This document shows positions 36,325-48,366 of a stretch of 64,000 bases of DNA, in pieces. Positions within the stretch are counted from its first letter, which is position 1. Each line of letters opens with the position of its first letter. The position numbers and the translations under genes are program-made. Origin of the DNA: Bacteroidota bacterium (lineage in GTDB: Bacteria > Bacteroidota > Bacteroidia > Bacteroidales > UBA6013); NCBI GenBank assembly GCA_020048645.1, contig JAIFMG010000047.1, positions 3,552-67,551 of the forward strand, given 5' to 3'. The notes below the pieces were generated by a model. It worked only from the letters and a program-made list of their open reading frames with translations. It was not told the DNA's origin and ran no database searches.

Positions 36325-37716
36325 ATGAAAAAGCATTTCGTTTACGCGCTGGCGGCCGCCTCCTTCCTGGCCGTCGGCTGCGAGGAGGTCGAAGAGGCCC
36401 CCTTCGCCGGGCCGCTCGAGCTGGGCAAGTACATCTCCGTGGGCAACTCCCTGACCGCGGGCTACACCAACGGCGAGGTCTATCTGAGCGCCCAGGGGCA
36501 TTCCTACCCGGCCATCATCGCCGAGCAGTTCGCCCTGGTGGGCGGCGGCGCCTTCAAGCAGCCGCTGATGGCCAACGACGTGGGCTTCGGCCAGCGGCGC
36601 TACCTGGACTCCATCCGCACGGTCAACGGCGCGACGACCACCTACATCACGCAGCACGACGTGGCCGACATGCAGTCCATCGGGGCGAACATGGCCCGGA
36701 TCAGCGGCCCGTTCAACAACCTGGGCGTGCCCGGCGCGCGCTCGTTCCACCTGCCCTTCGCCGGCTACGGGCACGCCACCCTGGGCAACCCCTACTACAG
36801 CCGCTGGGCCACCGACCCCAACAACTCCAGCATCCTGAGCGAGCTCCCGGGCGACCACACCTTCTTCACGCTCTGGATCGGCAACAACGACGTGCTGGGC
36901 TACGCCACCTCCGGGGCCGACGACGCCCTGGACAGCATCACCCCGCAGGCCATCTTCGACGCCTCGCTGGAGGCCACCGTCGCCGCGCTGATGAGCTCCT
37001 CGGCCACCGACAAGGTGCGCGGGGCCATCGCCAACATCCCCGACGTGACCACGATCCCCTACTTCACGACCGTGCCCTACAACGCCCTGCCGCTCGACAC
37101 GGCAAAGGCAGCAGCGCTCGACTACGCCTATGACCTGACCGAGGCCGGCCTGGCCCAGATGGGCATCGTGCACGACTACGACGACAAGTTCCATGTGGGC
37201 GCCAACGCCTTCATGATCCAGGTCGAGGGCCTGCTCTCCGACGACGGCAAGCCCCTGCCGGCCCCCTACAACGTGCGCCCCGCGACGGCCGGTGACAAGA
37301 TCACCCTGACGCTGCCCACCAGCCTGGTGGCCACCGCCGGCATGGGCAGCTTCGACGCGGCCAACTCCGTGCCCTACGGCATCCCCGACCGCTACGTGCT
37401 GACGCCCGACGAGGCCCAGCGCATCAAGACGGCCACCGACAACTTCAACGCGAAGCTGGCGGCCCTGGCCCAGGCCAACGACCTGGCCTACGTGGACATG
37501 AACGCCTTCATGACGCAACTTTTCACCACGGGCTTCAGCCATTCGGGCGTTTCCTACACGGCGGCCTACATCACGGGCAGCGCCTTCTCGCTCGACGGCG
37601 TGCATCCGACTTCCATGGGCTACGCCTTGCTGGCCAGCCTCTTCATCGACGAAATCAACGCCAAGTACGGCTCGCGGATCCCGCGCCCCTGGTCGGCCGG
37701 ACGCCCCACCTTCTGA
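36325..37716 (+). CDS. SGNH/GDSL-type hydrolase lipoprotein
   Basis: 463 aa with a lipobox (FLAVGC). Block I is ISVGNSLTAGY (GDS-like, GNS). FTLWIGNNDVLGYA is block III. DGVHPTSMGYALLA is block V (D-x-x-H). Confidence 0.7.
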   Translation: MKKHFVYALAAASFLAVGCEEVEEAPFAGPLELGKYISVGNSLTAGYTNGEVYLSAQGHSYPAIIAEQFALVGGGAFKQPLMANDVGFGQRRYLDSIRTVNGATTTYITQHDVADMQSIGANMARISGPFNNLGVPGARSFHLPFAGYGHATLGNPYYSRWATDPNNSSILSELPGDHTFFTLWIGNNDVLGYATSGADDALDSITPQAIFDASLEATVAALMSSSATDKVRGAIANIPDVTTIPYFTTVPYNALPLDTAKAAALDYAYDLTEAGLAQMGIVHDYDDKFHVGANAFMIQVEGLLSDDGKPLPAPYNVRPATAGDKITLTLPTSLVATAGMGSFDAANSVPYGIPDRYVLTPDEAQRIKTATDNFNAKLAALAQANDLAYVDMNAFMTQLFTTGFSHSGVSYTAAYITGSAFSLDGVHPTSMGYALLASLFIDEINAKYGSRIPRPWSAGRPTF

Positions 37717-37748
37717 GCCATCCGACCAGGCCGAAAGGCGCCCTTCAG

Positions 37749-37779
37749 GGAGGCCCGCGCGAGCGGGCCTCCTTTTTTT
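37749..37779 (+). terminator. Rho-independent terminator
   Basis: GGAGGCCCGC-gcga-GCGGGCCTCC is a perfect 10-bp stem followed by TTTTTTT, 33 nt after the stop at 37716. Confidence 0.85.
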
Positions 37780-38005
37780 CGCAAAAAGGATTTGAAAATG
37801 TGGGATTTAGATAAAAAAGACTATTTTTGCAGCCGCTTAAATGACGGCGTCCCGCGAAGGGTCGATGTCTTTTTTTCGAGGGGGCAGCCGGTGTTTCAAC
37901 GGGCCTGGACAAGGTCGAGTGGTTTCATCTGGGTTTAATTCGCTCTTTTTCAAGTGGTTATTCCGCTTGTGAAGGGCATTTTGTCTGTCTTTGCGAAAAA
38001 AAGAT

Positions 38006-38035
38006 GTTGGAATGAGCGAAATAGTTCTACCTTTG
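38006..38035 (+). promoter_or_regulatory. Candidate promoter of the str/S10/spc/alpha ribosomal cluster
   Basis: GTTG at 38006-38009, an 18-nt spacer, then TACCTTTG (TAnnTTTG) at 38028-38035, about 42 nt before the rpsL ATG. A second TAnnTTTG (TATTTTTG) lies at 37822-37829. Confidence 0.35.
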
Positions 38036-38076
38036 CCCGCCGTTTTGCCCGAGAAACAAGTAATATCAAAGCGTTT

Positions 38077-38499
38077 ATGCCTACTATTCAGCAACTCGTA
38101 AGAAAAGGGAGGAAACAAATGCAGGACAAGAGCAAGTCGCCTGCATTGGATGCTTGCCCCCAAAGAAGGGGAGTATGTGTAAGGGTTTACACCACTACTC
38201 CCAAAAAGCCCAACTCAGCCATGCGCAAAGTGGCCCGGGTACGCCTGACCAACGGTAAGGAGGTCAACGCCTACATCCCCGGAGAAGGCCACAACTTGCA
38301 AGAGCACTCCATCGTGCTCGTGCGCGGCGGAAGGGTAAAAGACTTGCCCGGCGTCCGTTACCACCTCGTCCGCGGCACTTTGGACGCGGGCGGTGTTGAC
38401 AAGCGCATGCAAAGTAGGTCGAAGTATGGCGCCAAACGACCCAAAGCCAAAGGAGGCGCCGCCGCCGCTGCCACAAAAACACCCGCCAAGAAGAAATAA
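38077..38499 (+). CDS. rpsL: 30S ribosomal protein S12
   Basis: [14 protein letters not shown]...[34 protein letters not shown]; 140 aa. Confidence 0.97.
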   Translation: MPTIQQLVRKGRKQMQDKSKSPALDACPQRRGVCVRVYTTTPKKPNSAMRKVARVRLTNGKEVNAYIPGEGHNLQEHSIVLVRGGRVKDLPGVRYHLVRGTLDAGGVDKRMQSRSKYGAKRPKAKGGAAAAATKTPAKKK

Positions 38500-38508
38500 G
38501 GCCGAACC

Positions 38509-38988
38509 ATGAGAAAGTCGAAACCAAAGAAAAGAATCCTTCTGCCCGATCCCCGCTACCAGGATCCCCAGGTCACGCGGTTCGTCAACGACATGATGTA
38601 CGACGGCAAGAAGAGCGTCGCCTTCAAGGTGTTCTACGACGCGATGGACCTGGTCGAGCAGCGCTCCCAAGGCAAGATTGACAAGCCCGCCTTGGAAATC
38701 TGGAAGAAGGCCCTGCAGAACGTCATGCCCGCCGTGGAGGTCAAGAGCCGCCGGGTGGGAGGGGCCACCTTCCAGGTTCCCCGCGAGATCCGCCCCGAAC
38801 GCCGCAACTCCATCAGCATCAAGAACCTGATCCTTTTCGCCCGCAAGCGCAACGGCAAGTCCATGAGCGAGAAGCTGGCCGCCGAGATCCTGGCCGCCTT
38901 CAACGAGGAGGGGGGAGCCTTCAAGAAGAAGGAGGACACCCACCGCATGGCGGAGGCGAACAAGGCATTCGCCCACTTCAGATTCTAA
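38509..38988 (+). CDS. rpsG: 30S ribosomal protein S7
   Basis: [38 protein letters not shown]...[15 protein letters not shown]; it follows rpsL. Confidence 0.97.
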   Translation: MRKSKPKKRILLPDPRYQDPQVTRFVNDMMYDGKKSVAFKVFYDAMDLVEQRSQGKIDKPALEIWKKALQNVMPAVEVKSRRVGGATFQVPREIRPERRNSISIKNLILFARKRNGKSMSEKLAAEILAAFNEEGGAFKKKEDTHRMAEANKAFAHFRF

Positions 38989-39020
38989 TTGGCAACCAAT
39001 AACAACGGGAGATCATCGTC

Positions 39021-41114
39021 ATGTCAACAGACCTCAAGTTCACGCGCAACATCGGTATCATGGCCCACATCGACGCGGGCAAGACGACCACCACGGAGCG
39101 CGTCCTCTTTTACACCGGCCTCACGCACAAGATTGGCGAGGTCCACGACGGAGCCGCCACCATGGACTGGATGGTCCAGGAGCAGGAGAGGGGCATCACC
39201 ATCACCTCCGCCGCCACGACCACCTTCTGGAACTACCTGGGCAACCAGTACAAGATCAACATCATCGACACCCCCGGCCACGTTGACTTCACCGTCGAGG
39301 TGGAGCGCTCGCTGCGGGTCCTCGATGGAGCCGTCGCGGTGTTCTGCGCCGTCGGCGGCGTGGAGCCCCAGTCCGAGACCGTCTGGAAGCAGGCCACCAA
39401 GTACCACGTCCCCCGCATGGGATTCGTGAACAAGATGGACCGCGCCGGAGCCGACTTCTTCACCGTGGTGGCCCAGGTCAAGGACAAGCTCAAGGCCAAC
39501 GCCGTGCCGATCCAAGTTCCGATTGGCTACGAGGAGAACTTCAAAGGTGTGGTTGACCTGATCAAGAACAAGGCCATCCTGTGGCACGACGAGACCATGG
39601 GCGCCGCCTACGACGTCATGGACGTCCCCGCCGACATGCTCGAGACCGTCGCCGAGTGGCGCGAGAAGCTCATCGAGAGCGTGGCCGAGTCGGACGACAG
39701 CCTGATGGAGAAGTTCTTCGAGGATCCCGCCTCCATCACGGAGGAGGAAATCATCGCGGCGCTGCGCAAGGCGACCATCAGCATGACGGTCGTCCCGATG
39801 TTCTGCGGCACGGCCTTCAAGAACAAGGGCATCCAGCTCATGCTCGACTACGTGGCGGCCTTCCTGCCCAGCCCGATGGACGTCGGCGCCATCGAGGGCA
39901 TCAACCCCGACACCGAGGAGGTGGAGACCCGCCTGCCCAGCGAGAAGGAGCCCCTGGCCAGCCTGGCCTTCAAGATCGCCACCGACCCCTTCGTCGGCCG
40001 CCTGGCCTTCATCCGGGTTTACTCGGGCATCCTCAACTCGGGCGCCTACGTGCTGAACATGCGCACGGGCAAGCGCGAGCGCATCTCCCGCCTGTTCCAG
40101 ATGCACGCCAACAAGCAGAACCCCCGCGACCTGATCGCCGCGGGCGACATCTGCGCCGCCGTCGGCTTCAAGGACATCCGCACCGGCGACACCCTCTGCA
40201 ACGAGGACAAGCCCATCATCCTCGAGTCGATGGACTTCCCCACCCCCGTCATCGGCGTGGCCGTCGAGCCCAAGAGCCAGAAGGACCTCGACAAGCTCGG
40301 CATGGCCCTGGCCAAGCTGGCCGAAGAGGATCCCACCTTCACGGTCCGCACCGACGACCAGACCGGCCAGACCGTCATCAGCGGCATGGGCGAGCTGCAC
40401 CTGGAGATCCTCCTGGACCGCCTCAAGCGCGAGTTCAAGGTGGAATGCAACCAGGGCGCCCCCCAGGTGACCTACAAGGAGGCCATCGCCGGCAAGGTGA
40501 CCAACCACCGCGAGGTCTTCAAGAAGCAGACGGGAGGACGCGGCAAGTTCGCCGACATCATCGTGACGGTCGAGCCCGCCCCCGAGGGCACCGAAGGCCT
40601 GCTCTTCGAGAGCGCTGTCAAAGGCGGCAACATCCCCAAGGAGTTCATCCCTTCTGTCGAGAAGGGCTTCAAGGAGGCCATGAAGAACGGCGTGCTGGCC
40701 GGCTACGAGATGGACAGCCTGAAGGTCACCCTGATCGACGGCTCGTACCACGCGGTGGACTCCGACCAGCTCTCGTTCGAGCTGTGCGCCAAGCACGCCT
40801 TCCGCGCGGTCCTGCCCAAGTGCTCGCCCATCATCCTGGAGCCCATCATGAAGCTGGAGGTCATCACGCCCGAGGACTACATGGGCGACGTGATCTCGGA
40901 CCTGAACAAGCGCCGGGGCCAGATCGAGGGCATGGAAGACAAGTACGGGGCCAAGGTGGTCCGCGCGAAGGTGCCCCTTTCCGAGCAGTTCGGCTATGTG
41001 ACGGACCTGCGCACGATTTCCTCGGGCCGGGCCAGCTCCACCATGGAGTTCTCGCACTTCGCCGAAGTGCCGGGGAACATCGCCAAGGCGGTCATCGAGA
41101 AAGCCAAAGGATAA
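39021..41114 (+). CDS. fusA: Elongation factor G
   Basis: 697 aa. [58 protein letters not shown]. Confidence 0.97.
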   Translation: MSTDLKFTRNIGIMAHIDAGKTTTTERVLFYTGLTHKIGEVHDGAATMDWMVQEQERGITITSAATTTFWNYLGNQYKINIIDTPGHVDFTVEVERSLRVLDGAVAVFCAVGGVEPQSETVWKQATKYHVPRMGFVNKMDRAGADFFTVVAQVKDKLKANAVPIQVPIGYEENFKGVVDLIKNKAILWHDETMGAAYDVMDVPADMLETVAEWREKLIESVAESDDSLMEKFFEDPASITEEEIIAALRKATISMTVVPMFCGTAFKNKGIQLMLDYVAAFLPSPMDVGAIEGINPDTEEVETRLPSEKEPLASLAFKIATDPFVGRLAFIRVYSGILNSGAYVLNMRTGKRERISRLFQMHANKQNPRDLIAAGDICAAVGFKDIRTGDTLCNEDKPIILESMDFPTPVIGVAVEPKSQKDLDKLGMALAKLAEEDPTFTVRTDDQTGQTVISGMGELHLEILLDRLKREFKVECNQGAPQVTYKEAIAGKVTNHREVFKKQTGGRGKFADIIVTVEPAPEGTEGLLFESAVKGGNIPKEFIPSVEKGFKEAMKNGVLAGYEMDSLKVTLIDGSYHAVDSDQLSFELCAKHAFRAVLPKCSPIILEPIMKLEVITPEDYMGDVISDLNKRRGQIEGMEDKYGAKVVRAKVPLSEQFGYVTDLRTISSGRASSTMEFSHFAEVPGNIAKAVIEKAKG

Positions 41115-41138
41115 GAAACAGTTTAACGTCAATTTGAG

Positions 41139-41444
41139 ATGAGCCAAAAAATCAGAATCAAACTCAAATCCTACGACTACAACCTGGTGGACAACTCCGC
41201 CAGCAAGATCGTCAAGACAGTCAAGGCCACAGGCGCGGTGGTGAGCGGTCCCATACCGCTCCCCACCAACAAGAAGATCTACACGGTCTTGCGCTCGACC
41301 TTCGTCAACAAGAAGTCGCGGGAGCAGTTCGAGCTGGCGTCGTTCAAACGATTGATCGACATCTACAGCTCCAACGCCAAGACCATCGACGCCCTGATGA
41401 AGCTGGAACTGCCCAGCGGGGTCGAGGTCGAAATCAAAGTGTGA
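41139..41444 (+). CDS. rpsJ: 30S ribosomal protein S10
   Basis: [25 protein letters not shown]...GPIPLPT; 101 aa. Confidence 0.97.
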   Translation: MSQKIRIKLKSYDYNLVDNSASKIVKTVKATGAVVSGPIPLPTNKKIYTVLRSTFVNKKSREQFELASFKRLIDIYSSNAKTIDALMKLELPSGVEVEIKV

Positions 41445-41507
41445 TGAGTCGTCCAATAAGGTTCTGTTAACCCGCTGTTGGACTTAAACATTGAAAACAA
41501 AATCAAC

Positions 41508-42125
41508 ATGTCTGGATTGATTGGAAGAAAAATCGGAATGACGTCCGTCTTCATGGAGAACGGCAAGAACGTGGCCTGCACGGTTCTTGAGGTCGGCCCC
41601 TGCGTTGTGACGCAGATGCGGACGGTCGAGAAAGACGGATACGAGGCTGTCCAGTTGGCCTTCGCCGACAAGAAGGAGAAGAACACGACCAAGCCGCTGC
41701 TGGGCCACTTCAAGAAGGCGAACACCACGCCCAAGCGGAAGATCGTGGAGTTCGACGGCCTTGAGGGCGCCGAGCTGGGCAAGGTTTACCGCGTGGAGGA
41801 CGTCTTCACGGAGACCACGTGGGTTGACGTCACGGGCACGAGCAAGGGCAAGGGCTTCCAAGGCGTCGTCAAGCGGCACGGCTTCGGCGGCGTGGGTGGC
41901 CAGACGCACGGCCAGCACAACCGGGAGCGCGCCCCTGGCTCGGTCGGGGCATCCTCATTCCCCTCCCGCGTGTTCAAGGGCACGCGCATGGCGGGCCGCA
42001 CAGGTGGAGACCGGGTTACGGTCCAGAACTTGGAAGTCCTGAAAGTGATTCCCGAGACCAACCTCCTGGTAGTAAAAGGTGCCGTACCCGGTGCCAAAGG
42101 TTCATTCGTAATCATCAACAAGTGA
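41508..42125 (+). CDS. rplC: 50S ribosomal protein L3
   Basis: The ATG at 41508 gives [15 protein letters not shown]. The listed ORF start at 41478 is an upstream TTG. Confidence 0.95.
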   Translation: MSGLIGRKIGMTSVFMENGKNVACTVLEVGPCVVTQMRTVEKDGYEAVQLAFADKKEKNTTKPLLGHFKKANTTPKRKIVEFDGLEGAELGKVYRVEDVFTETTWVDVTGTSKGKGFQGVVKRHGFGGVGGQTHGQHNRERAPGSVGASSFPSRVFKGTRMAGRTGGDRVTVQNLEVLKVIPETNLLVVKGAVPGAKGSFVIINK

Positions 42126-42754
42126 TGGAAGTAGCAGTATTCGACATCAACGGAAAAGAAACGGGGCGCACCGTCCAACTGGACGAGTCGGTCTTCGGCA
42201 TCGAGCCCAACGACCACGCCATCTACTTGGACGTGAAGCAGTACTTGGCCAACAACCGTCAAGGGACGCACAAGGCCAAGGAGCGGGGCGAGATCAAGGG
42301 CAGCACCAAGAAAATCAAGAAGCAGAAGGGCACAGGCGGCGCGCGCGCGGGCAGCATCAAGTCGCCGCTGTTCCGCGGCGGCGGACGCGTGTTCGGCCCC
42401 CGTCCGCACAGCTACCGCTTCAAGCTGAACCAGAAGCTCAAGCGGCTGGCCCGGAAGTCGGCCCTGAGCTACAAGGTCAAGAACGATGAGCTGAAGGTGG
42501 TCCAGGACTTCCAGTTCGAGGCGCCCAAGACCAAGAGCATGGTCTCCTTGCGCGAGAAGCTGTCCCTGGCCAACAAAAAGACCTTGGTCATCTTACCAGA
42601 ACCAAATAAAGTCCTATATTTGTCGTCCCGCAATTTGAAGGGTTTTGACGTTGTAAGTGTTTCAGAACTAAACACTTACCGGATTATGAACGCGAAGACG
42701 GTCGTGCTCACCGAGCAGTCGTTGGGCAAGCTCGAGGAGCTGTTCAAGTCCTGA
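42125..42754 (+). CDS. rplD: 50S ribosomal protein L4
   Basis: [12 protein letters not shown]...[27 protein letters not shown]. The ATG shares one nt with the rplC TGA. A GTG at 42122 is the alternative. Confidence 0.95.
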   Translation: MEVAVFDINGKETGRTVQLDESVFGIEPNDHAIYLDVKQYLANNRQGTHKAKERGEIKGSTKKIKKQKGTGGARAGSIKSPLFRGGGRVFGPRPHSYRFKLNQKLKRLARKSALSYKVKNDELKVVQDFQFEAPKTKSMVSLREKLSLANKKTLVILPEPNKVLYLSSRNLKGFDVVSVSELNTYRIMNAKTVVLTEQSLGKLEELFKS

Positions 42755-42795
42755 ACCTGGAAACAAAGCGGCAGACAGCCAAAAAGAAGAGCAAA

Positions 42796-43086
42796 ATGGA
42801 AATCCTCCTCAAGCCCCTGATCACGGAAAAGATGACCAAGATCGGTCCCAAGCAGAACCGCTACGGCTTCTACGTCCACCCCGACGCGAACAAGGCACAG
42901 ATCGCCGAGGCGGTTGAGAAGTCGTACAACGTGTCCGTGCTTTCCGTGAACACCATCCGCGTCGCGGGCAAGCACAAGTCGCGCTACACCAAGAAAGGCG
43001 TGGTCAGCGGAAAGACCGTGCTGCGCAAGAAGGCCATCGTCAAGCTGGTCGAAGGTGACGAAATCGATTTTTTCAGCAACATTTGA
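42796..43086 (+). CDS. rplW: 50S ribosomal protein L23
   Basis: MEILLKPLITEKMTK; 96 aa, in the conserved S10-operon position. Confidence 0.95.
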   Translation: MEILLKPLITEKMTKIGPKQNRYGFYVHPDANKAQIAEAVEKSYNVSVLSVNTIRVAGKHKSRYTKKGVVSGKTVLRKKAIVKLVEGDEIDFFSNI

Positions 43087-43140
43087 TTTGGCCTTTTGCG
43101 TCCTGAAGGGGCGCCTGGTCCAAATTCCAACCGATAAACA

Positions 43141-43965
43141 ATGCCAGTAAGGAAAATCAAACCCACCACGCCCGGACAACGGCAGAAGGTAGCCAGCACC
43201 TTTTCGGAGCTGACCACCAGCAAGCCGACCAAGTCGTTGCTCGAGCCGCTGAAGAAATCGGGCGGCCGCAACAACACGGGCAAGATGACGGTCCGCAACA
43301 TCGGCGGAGGCCACAAGCGCCGTTACCGCGTCATCGACTTCAAGCGCGACAAGGACAACGTCGTGGCCACGGTGCAGACGATCGAGTACGATCCGAACCG
43401 CACGGCCCGCATCGCGCTGGTCGCATACGCGGATGGCGAGAAGCGTTACATCATCGCCCCCAACGGCCTTCAGGTAGGCCAGGAGATCGCCTCCGGGAAA
43501 GGTGTCGCCCCTGAGGTCGGCAACACCTTGTTCCTTTCGGACATTCCCTTGGGCACGATCGTCCACAACGTCGAACTCAACCCTGGACAGGGTGCGAAAA
43601 TGGCCAGGAGCGCGGGGTCTTACGCCCAGTTGACCTCCCGCGAGGGCAATTTCGCGATTTTGAAACTCCCATCCGGCGAGTCCCGCAAGGTCCTGGTGAC
43701 CTGCAAGGCCACCGTCGGGTCGGTGTCCAACTCGGACCACGCGCTCGAGGTGCATGGCAAGGCCGGCCGCCGCAGGTGGCTGGGCCGCAGGCCCCGCGTG
43801 CGCGCCGTGGCGATGAACCCCGTTGACCACCCCATGGGCGGCGGCGAGGGACGCGCCTCGGGTGGACATCCGCGCTCGCGCAAAGGCTTGTTGGCCAAGG
43901 GTTACAAGACCCGCCACAAGAAGAAGCCGTCGAGCAAGTACATCGTCGAGCGGAGGAAGAAATAA
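43141..43965 (+). CDS. rplB: 50S ribosomal protein L2
   Basis: [17 protein letters not shown]...[15 protein letters not shown]...[14 protein letters not shown]. Confidence 0.97.
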   Translation: MPVRKIKPTTPGQRQKVASTFSELTTSKPTKSLLEPLKKSGGRNNTGKMTVRNIGGGHKRRYRVIDFKRDKDNVVATVQTIEYDPNRTARIALVAYADGEKRYIIAPNGLQVGQEIASGKGVAPEVGNTLFLSDIPLGTIVHNVELNPGQGAKMARSAGSYAQLTSREGNFAILKLPSGESRKVLVTCKATVGSVSNSDHALEVHGKAGRRRWLGRRPRVRAVAMNPVDHPMGGGEGRASGGHPRSRKGLLAKGYKTRHKKKPSSKYIVERRKK

Positions 43966-43984
43966 CCCCTAATCCAAATTCAAA

Positions 43985-44254
43985 ATGAGTCGATCCCTCA
44001 AAAAAGGACCCTACATCAACTTCAAGCTGGAGAAGAAGGTCCTTGGCATGAACGAAGCTGGCAAGAAGACCGTGATCAAGACATGGGCCAGGGCGTCCAT
44101 GATTTCTCCGGACTTTGTGGGCCATACCGTGGCCGTGCACAACGGCAACAAGTTCATCCCGGTTTACATCACCGAGAACATGGTGGGCCACAAGTTGGGT
44201 GAGTTCGCTCCCACCCGCACCTTCCGCGGGCACGGTGGCAAGAAAAAGAAGTAA
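43985..44254 (+). CDS. rpsS: 30S ribosomal protein S19
   Basis: [15 protein letters not shown]...[38 protein letters not shown]. Confidence 0.97.
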   Translation: MSRSLKKGPYINFKLEKKVLGMNEAGKKTVIKTWARASMISPDFVGHTVAVHNGNKFIPVYITENMVGHKLGEFAPTRTFRGHGGKKKK

Positions 44255-44275
44255 CGCACGATAAATAAACTCGTC

Positions 44276-44713
44276 ATGGGTGCACGCAAACGTTTAATGG
44301 CAGAACGCCTGAAAGAAGAAAAGCGCGAAAAGTCGTTCGCCAAGCTCAACGACTGCCCCAGCTCGCCTCGGAAGATGCGCCTGGTGGCGGACCAGATCCG
44401 CGGCTTGGACGTGAACAGGGCCTTGGACATCCTCAAGTTCAGCCCCAAGGAGGCCTCTGGGAAAATGGAGAAGCTCCTGTACTCGGCCATCGCCAACTGG
44501 GAAGTCAAGAACGCGGACTCGGGCCTTAAGATCGAGGACGCGGACCTCTACGTCAAGGAGGTTTTCGTGGACGCCGGCAAGACCCTGAAGCGTCTTCGCC
44601 CCGCCCCGCAGGGCCGGGCGCACCGCATCCGCAAGCGCTCCAACCACGTGACGCTGGAGGTAAGCGCCCGGATTTACGAAGTACCAACCGAAAAACTAAT
44701 CGACCAAGAATAA
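44276..44713 (+). CDS. rplV: 50S ribosomal protein L22
   Basis: [29 protein letters not shown]...[26 protein letters not shown]; 145 aa. Confidence 0.95.
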   Translation: MGARKRLMAERLKEEKREKSFAKLNDCPSSPRKMRLVADQIRGLDVNRALDILKFSPKEASGKMEKLLYSAIANWEVKNADSGLKIEDADLYVKEVFVDAGKTLKRLRPAPQGRAHRIRKRSNHVTLEVSARIYEVPTEKLIDQE

Positions 44714-45430
44714 ATGGGACAGAAGTGCAATCCGATCAGCAACAGGCTTGGCATCATCAAGGGTTGGGACTCCAACTGGTACGGTGGCAAGAAATACGCG
44801 GACAAGCTTGTTGAGGACGACAAGATCCGCAAGTACCTGAACACCCGCCTGTCGGGAGCCAGCATCTCGAACATCATCATCGAGCGGACGCTGAAGCTGG
44901 TGACGGTCACCGTCAACTCGTCCCGTCCTGGCGTCATCATCGGCCCCGGGGGCAAGGCGGTGGACCAGCTCAAGGAAGAGCTCAAGAAGCTCACGGGCAA
45001 GGAGGTCCAGATCAACATCAACGAGATCCGCAAGCCCGAGCTGGACGCGACCATCGTGGCCACGAACATCGCCAAGCAGCTCGAGGGTCGCATCGCCTAC
45101 CGCCGCGCCTGCAAGTCGGCCATCGTATCGACCATGCGCACGGGCGCCCAAGGCATCAAGGTGCAGGTTTCCGGCCGCCTGAATGGCGCCGAGATGGCCC
45201 GTTCCGAGACCTTCAAGGAGGGACGCATCCCCTTGCACACCTTCCGGGCCGACATCGACTACCACCTGGCGGAGGCCTTGACGAAGGTAGGGCTGATCGG
45301 CATCAAGGTCTGGATCTGCAAGGGTGAGGTGTATGGCAAGCGGGACTTGTCCCCGGCCCCAGTCGCCAAGCCTACCAAGCCTCGCCCGAGCGCCGGTGGT
45401 GGCCCCACGGGCAAGAAAAGGAAGAAGTAA
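44714..45430 (+). CDS. rpsC: 30S ribosomal protein S3
   Basis: [24 protein letters not shown]...[13 protein letters not shown]. It starts immediately after the rplV TAA. Confidence 0.97.
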   Translation: MGQKCNPISNRLGIIKGWDSNWYGGKKYADKLVEDDKIRKYLNTRLSGASISNIIIERTLKLVTVTVNSSRPGVIIGPGGKAVDQLKEELKKLTGKEVQININEIRKPELDATIVATNIAKQLEGRIAYRRACKSAIVSTMRTGAQGIKVQVSGRLNGAEMARSETFKEGRIPLHTFRADIDYHLAEALTKVGLIGIKVWICKGEVYGKRDLSPAPVAKPTKPRPSAGGGPTGKKRKK

Positions 45431-45454
45431 CCCTTTGAAACTCCATAGCGAACC

Positions 45455-45871
45455 ATGCTACAACCTAAGAGAACCAAGTACAGGAAGACGCAGAAGGGCC
45501 GGATGAAGGGCATCGCCCAGAAAGGTCACCAGATTGCCTTCGGCTCCTTCGCCATCAAGTCGCTCGACTCGCACATGCTCACCGGCCGGCAGATCGAGGC
45601 CGCCCGCCAGGCCATGACTCGGCACATGAAACGTGAAGGCCAGACCTGGATCCGGATATTCCCGGACAAGCCCGTGACCCGCAAGCCGGCCGAGGTGCGG
45701 ATGGGCAAGGGCAAGGGCGCGCCTGACCACTTCGTGGCCATCGTCAAGCCAGGGACCGTCCTCTTCGAGGTGGAAGGTGTGCCCATCGAGGTGGCACAAG
45801 AGGCCCTTCGCCTGGCCGCCCAGAAACTTCCTGTCCTGACCAGGTTCGTGGTCAGGAGAGATTACGCTTAA
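45455..45871 (+). CDS. rplP: 50S ribosomal protein L16
   Basis: [19 protein letters not shown]...[19 protein letters not shown]. Confidence 0.97.
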   Translation: MLQPKRTKYRKTQKGRMKGIAQKGHQIAFGSFAIKSLDSHMLTGRQIEAARQAMTRHMKREGQTWIRIFPDKPVTRKPAEVRMGKGKGAPDHFVAIVKPGTVLFEVEGVPIEVAQEALRLAAQKLPVLTRFVVRRDYA

Positions 45872-45885
45872 AACCAGTCCGAACA

Positions 45886-46086
45886 ATGGTACCCTACTCA
45901 CAAATCCAGCAGATGACCATCGGCGAGCTGAACGCTGGCGTGGTCGAGAGCAAGGCGGAGCTGTCCCGCATGAAGATCAACCACGCGGTCTCGCCCATGG
46001 AAAACCCTAACAAGCTCAGGGAGATGCGCAAGCACATCGCCCGCTTGCTGACCGAGCTCCGCCAAAGAGAAATCAACAACAAATAA
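45886..46086 (+). CDS. rpmC: 50S ribosomal protein L29
   Basis: 66 aa. MTIGELNAGVVESKAELSRMKINHAV, in the conserved position between rplP and rpsQ. Confidence 0.9.
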   Translation: MVPYSQIQQMTIGELNAGVVESKAELSRMKINHAVSPMENPNKLREMRKHIARLLTELRQREINNK

Positions 46087-46095
46087 TTCCTCCAG

Positions 46096-46371
46096 ATGGA
46101 AGAAGAGAAAAATCCACTTGAGCGCAACATGCGCAAGGAGCGCGTAGGGGTGGTGGTGAGCGACAAGATGCAGAAGTCGATCACCGTCGCCGTTGAGCGC
46201 AAGGTGAAGCACCCCAAGTACGGAAAGTTTGTCAAGATGACAAGCAAGTTCATCGCCCACGACGAGAAAGACGAGTGCTCGATCGGCGATACGGTCCGCA
46301 TCATGGAAACCCGCCCGTTGAGCAAACGGAAATGTTGGAGACTCGTCGAAATCATCGAAAAGGCTAAGTAA
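46096..46371 (+). CDS. rpsQ: 30S ribosomal protein S17
   Basis: [45 protein letters not shown]. Confidence 0.95.
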   Translation: MEEEKNPLERNMRKERVGVVVSDKMQKSITVAVERKVKHPKYGKFVKMTSKFIAHDEKDECSIGDTVRIMETRPLSKRKCWRLVEIIEKAK

Positions 46372-46373
46372 CA

Positions 46374-46739
46374 ATGATACAGCAAGAATCCAGACTGACT
46401 GTGGCCGACAACAGCGGGGCCAAGGAGGTGCTTTGCATCCGGGTGCTGGGCGGCACGGGCAAGCGTTACGCGAGCCTGGGCGACACCATCGTGGTGACGG
46501 TCAAGAGCGCCATCCCCTCCAGCGACATGAAGAAGGGCACGGTGTCGAAGGCCATCGTGGTCCGCACCCGGAAGGAGGTCCGCCGGGCGGACGGTTCGTA
46601 CATCCGCTTCGACGACAACGCCGCGGTGTTGTTGAAGAACGATGGCGAGATGCGCGGGACCCGCATCTTCGGCCCAGTCGCCCGCGAGCTCAGGGACCAC
46701 AACATGAAGATCGTCTCCCTGGCCCCCGAAGTTTTGTAA
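46374..46739 (+). CDS. rplN: 50S ribosomal protein L14
   Basis: [27 protein letters not shown]...; 121 aa. Confidence 0.97.
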   Translation: MIQQESRLTVADNSGAKEVLCIRVLGGTGKRYASLGDTIVVTVKSAIPSSDMKKGTVSKAIVVRTRKEVRRADGSYIRFDDNAAVLLKNDGEMRGTRIFGPVARELRDHNMKIVSLAPEVL

Positions 46740-46760
46740 TCCCAAAAACACGCAGACGCA

Positions 46761-47084
46761 ATGCACAAAAAATTCCACATCCGCAGCGGCGACCTGGTCT
46801 TCGTGAACAAGGGCGAGTATGCGGGCCAGACTGGCAAGGTCTTGTCGGTTGACCGCAAGAAGTACCGCGCCATAGTCGAAGGCGTGAACCTCATGCACAA
46901 GCATACCAAACCCAACGCGAAAAGCCCACAAGGCGGAATCATCGAGCAGGAAGCCCCCGTCCACATCTCCAATTTGATGTTGGTTGACCCTTCGACCGGA
47001 CAGCCCACGCGCATCGGCCGCAGGAGGAATGACAAAGGGAAGCTGGTTCGCTACGCCAAAAAATCAGGAGAGGAGATCAAGTGA
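46761..47084 (+). CDS. rplX: 50S ribosomal protein L24
   Basis: [27 protein letters not shown]...[13 protein letters not shown] (KOW motif). Confidence 0.95.
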   Translation: MHKKFHIRSGDLVFVNKGEYAGQTGKVLSVDRKKYRAIVEGVNLMHKHTKPNAKSPQGGIIEQEAPVHISNLMLVDPSTGQPTRIGRRRNDKGKLVRYAKKSGEEIK

Positions 47085-47641
47085 TGAGTTACGTACCCCA
47101 CTACAAGAAGAAGTACACCGAGGAAATCGTTCCCGCCCTCATGAAGCAGTTCAATTACACGAGCGTCATGCAGGTGCCCCGAATCGAGAAGATCGTCATC
47201 AACCAGGGTGTCGGCGAGGCCGTCTCGGACAAGAAGCTCGTGGAGGTCGCCGAGAAGGAGCTGACCCTGATCGCGGGCCAGAAGGCCGTCAAGACGATAT
47301 CCCGCAAGGACATCTCGAACTTCAAGCTGCGCAAGAAGATGCCCATCGGCGTGATGGTCACCCTCCGGAAGGAGCGCATGTACGAGTTCCTGCAGCGCCT
47401 GGTCTCCGTGGCGCTTCCCCGCATCCGCGACTTCCACGGGATACCCGAGAAGCTCGACGGCAAGGGCAACTACAACCTGGGAATCACCGAGCAGATCATC
47501 TTCCCGGAGATGAACATCGAGCAGGTGGGCAAGGTCAAGGGCATGAACATCACCTTCGTGACCACCACTGACAACGACGAGGAGGCCTTCGCGCTGCTCA
47601 AGGAGTTCGGACTGCCTTTCAAAAACAAAAACAAGAACTGA
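47084..47641 (+). CDS. rplE: 50S ribosomal protein L5
   Basis: [11 protein letters not shown]...[16 protein letters not shown]...RDFHGI...[15 protein letters not shown]. The ATG shares one nt with the rplX TGA. A GTG at 47081 is the alternative. Confidence 0.95.
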   Translation: MSYVPHYKKKYTEEIVPALMKQFNYTSVMQVPRIEKIVINQGVGEAVSDKKLVEVAEKELTLIAGQKAVKTISRKDISNFKLRKKMPIGVMVTLRKERMYEFLQRLVSVALPRIRDFHGIPEKLDGKGNYNLGITEQIIFPEMNIEQVGKVKGMNITFVTTTDNDEEAFALLKEFGLPFKNKNKN

Positions 47642-47644
47642 ACC

Positions 47645-47914
47645 ATGGCAAAAGAGTCAATGAAAGCCCGCGAGGTCAAGCGCCAGAAGTTGGTTGACAA
47701 GTACGCGGAAAAGCGCAAGCAGCTCAAGGAGGCGGGCGATTACGTCGGTTTGCAGAAACTGCCCCGCAACTCTTCGAAAGTCCGGCTCCACAACCGTTGC
47801 AAGCTCACCGGTCGGCCCAAGGGATACATGCGGCAATTCGGAATCAGCCGTATCACGTTCCGCGAGATGGCCTCCAAGGGTCTCATCCCTGGGGTTAAAA
47901 AGGCAAGTTGGTAA
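47645..47914 (+). CDS. rpsN: 30S ribosomal protein S14 (long form)
   Basis: [24 protein letters not shown]...[26 protein letters not shown]; 89 aa. Confidence 0.95.
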   Translation: MAKESMKAREVKRQKLVDKYAEKRKQLKEAGDYVGLQKLPRNSSKVRLHNRCKLTGRPKGYMRQFGISRITFREMASKGLIPGVKKASW

Positions 47915-47936
47915 AACGTAAAGACAAGACAAACAA

Positions 47937-48335
47937 ATGCTTACTGATCCAATCGCAGATTATCTGACCCGAGTTCGCAACGCCATCATGGCCAAGCACA
48001 AAGTCGTCGAGATTCCAGCGTCAAACCTGAAGAAGTCGATCACGAAGATTCTCCATGAGCAGGGCTACATCCTCAGCTACCGCTTCCTGGAGGACGACAA
48101 GCAGGGCATGATCAAGATCGCGCTCAAGTACCATCCCCAATCCAAGGTGTCCGCAATAAAGAAACTTGTTCGTGTGAGCAAACCGGGCTTGAGGAAGTAC
48201 GTAGGACATGACAACATCCCCCGCGTCATCAATGGCCTGGGCGTTGCCATCCTCTCCACCTCGAGGGGCGTCGTGACCGACAAGCAGGCCCGCGAGCTGA
48301 ACGTGGGCGGCGAGGTGCTTTGCTACGTTCATTAA
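47937..48335 (+). CDS. rpsH: 30S ribosomal protein S8
   Basis: [16 protein letters not shown]...[30 protein letters not shown]. Confidence 0.97.
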   Translation: MLTDPIADYLTRVRNAIMAKHKVVEIPASNLKKSITKILHEQGYILSYRFLEDDKQGMIKIALKYHPQSKVSAIKKLVRVSKPGLRKYVGHDNIPRVINGLGVAILSTSRGVVTDKQARELNVGGEVLCYVH

Positions 48336-48366
48336 CCTTCAGCGCAACCGCTAAAACTGAAAAGAC

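Noticed and set aside
39024-41456. 810-aa minus-strand ORF across fusA and rpsJ, and many 60-500-aa ORFs over the ribosomal cluster
   Set aside because: They are antisense or off-frame to universally conserved genes (EF-G, r-proteins, SecY, RpoA, enolase), and none shows a recognisable motif.
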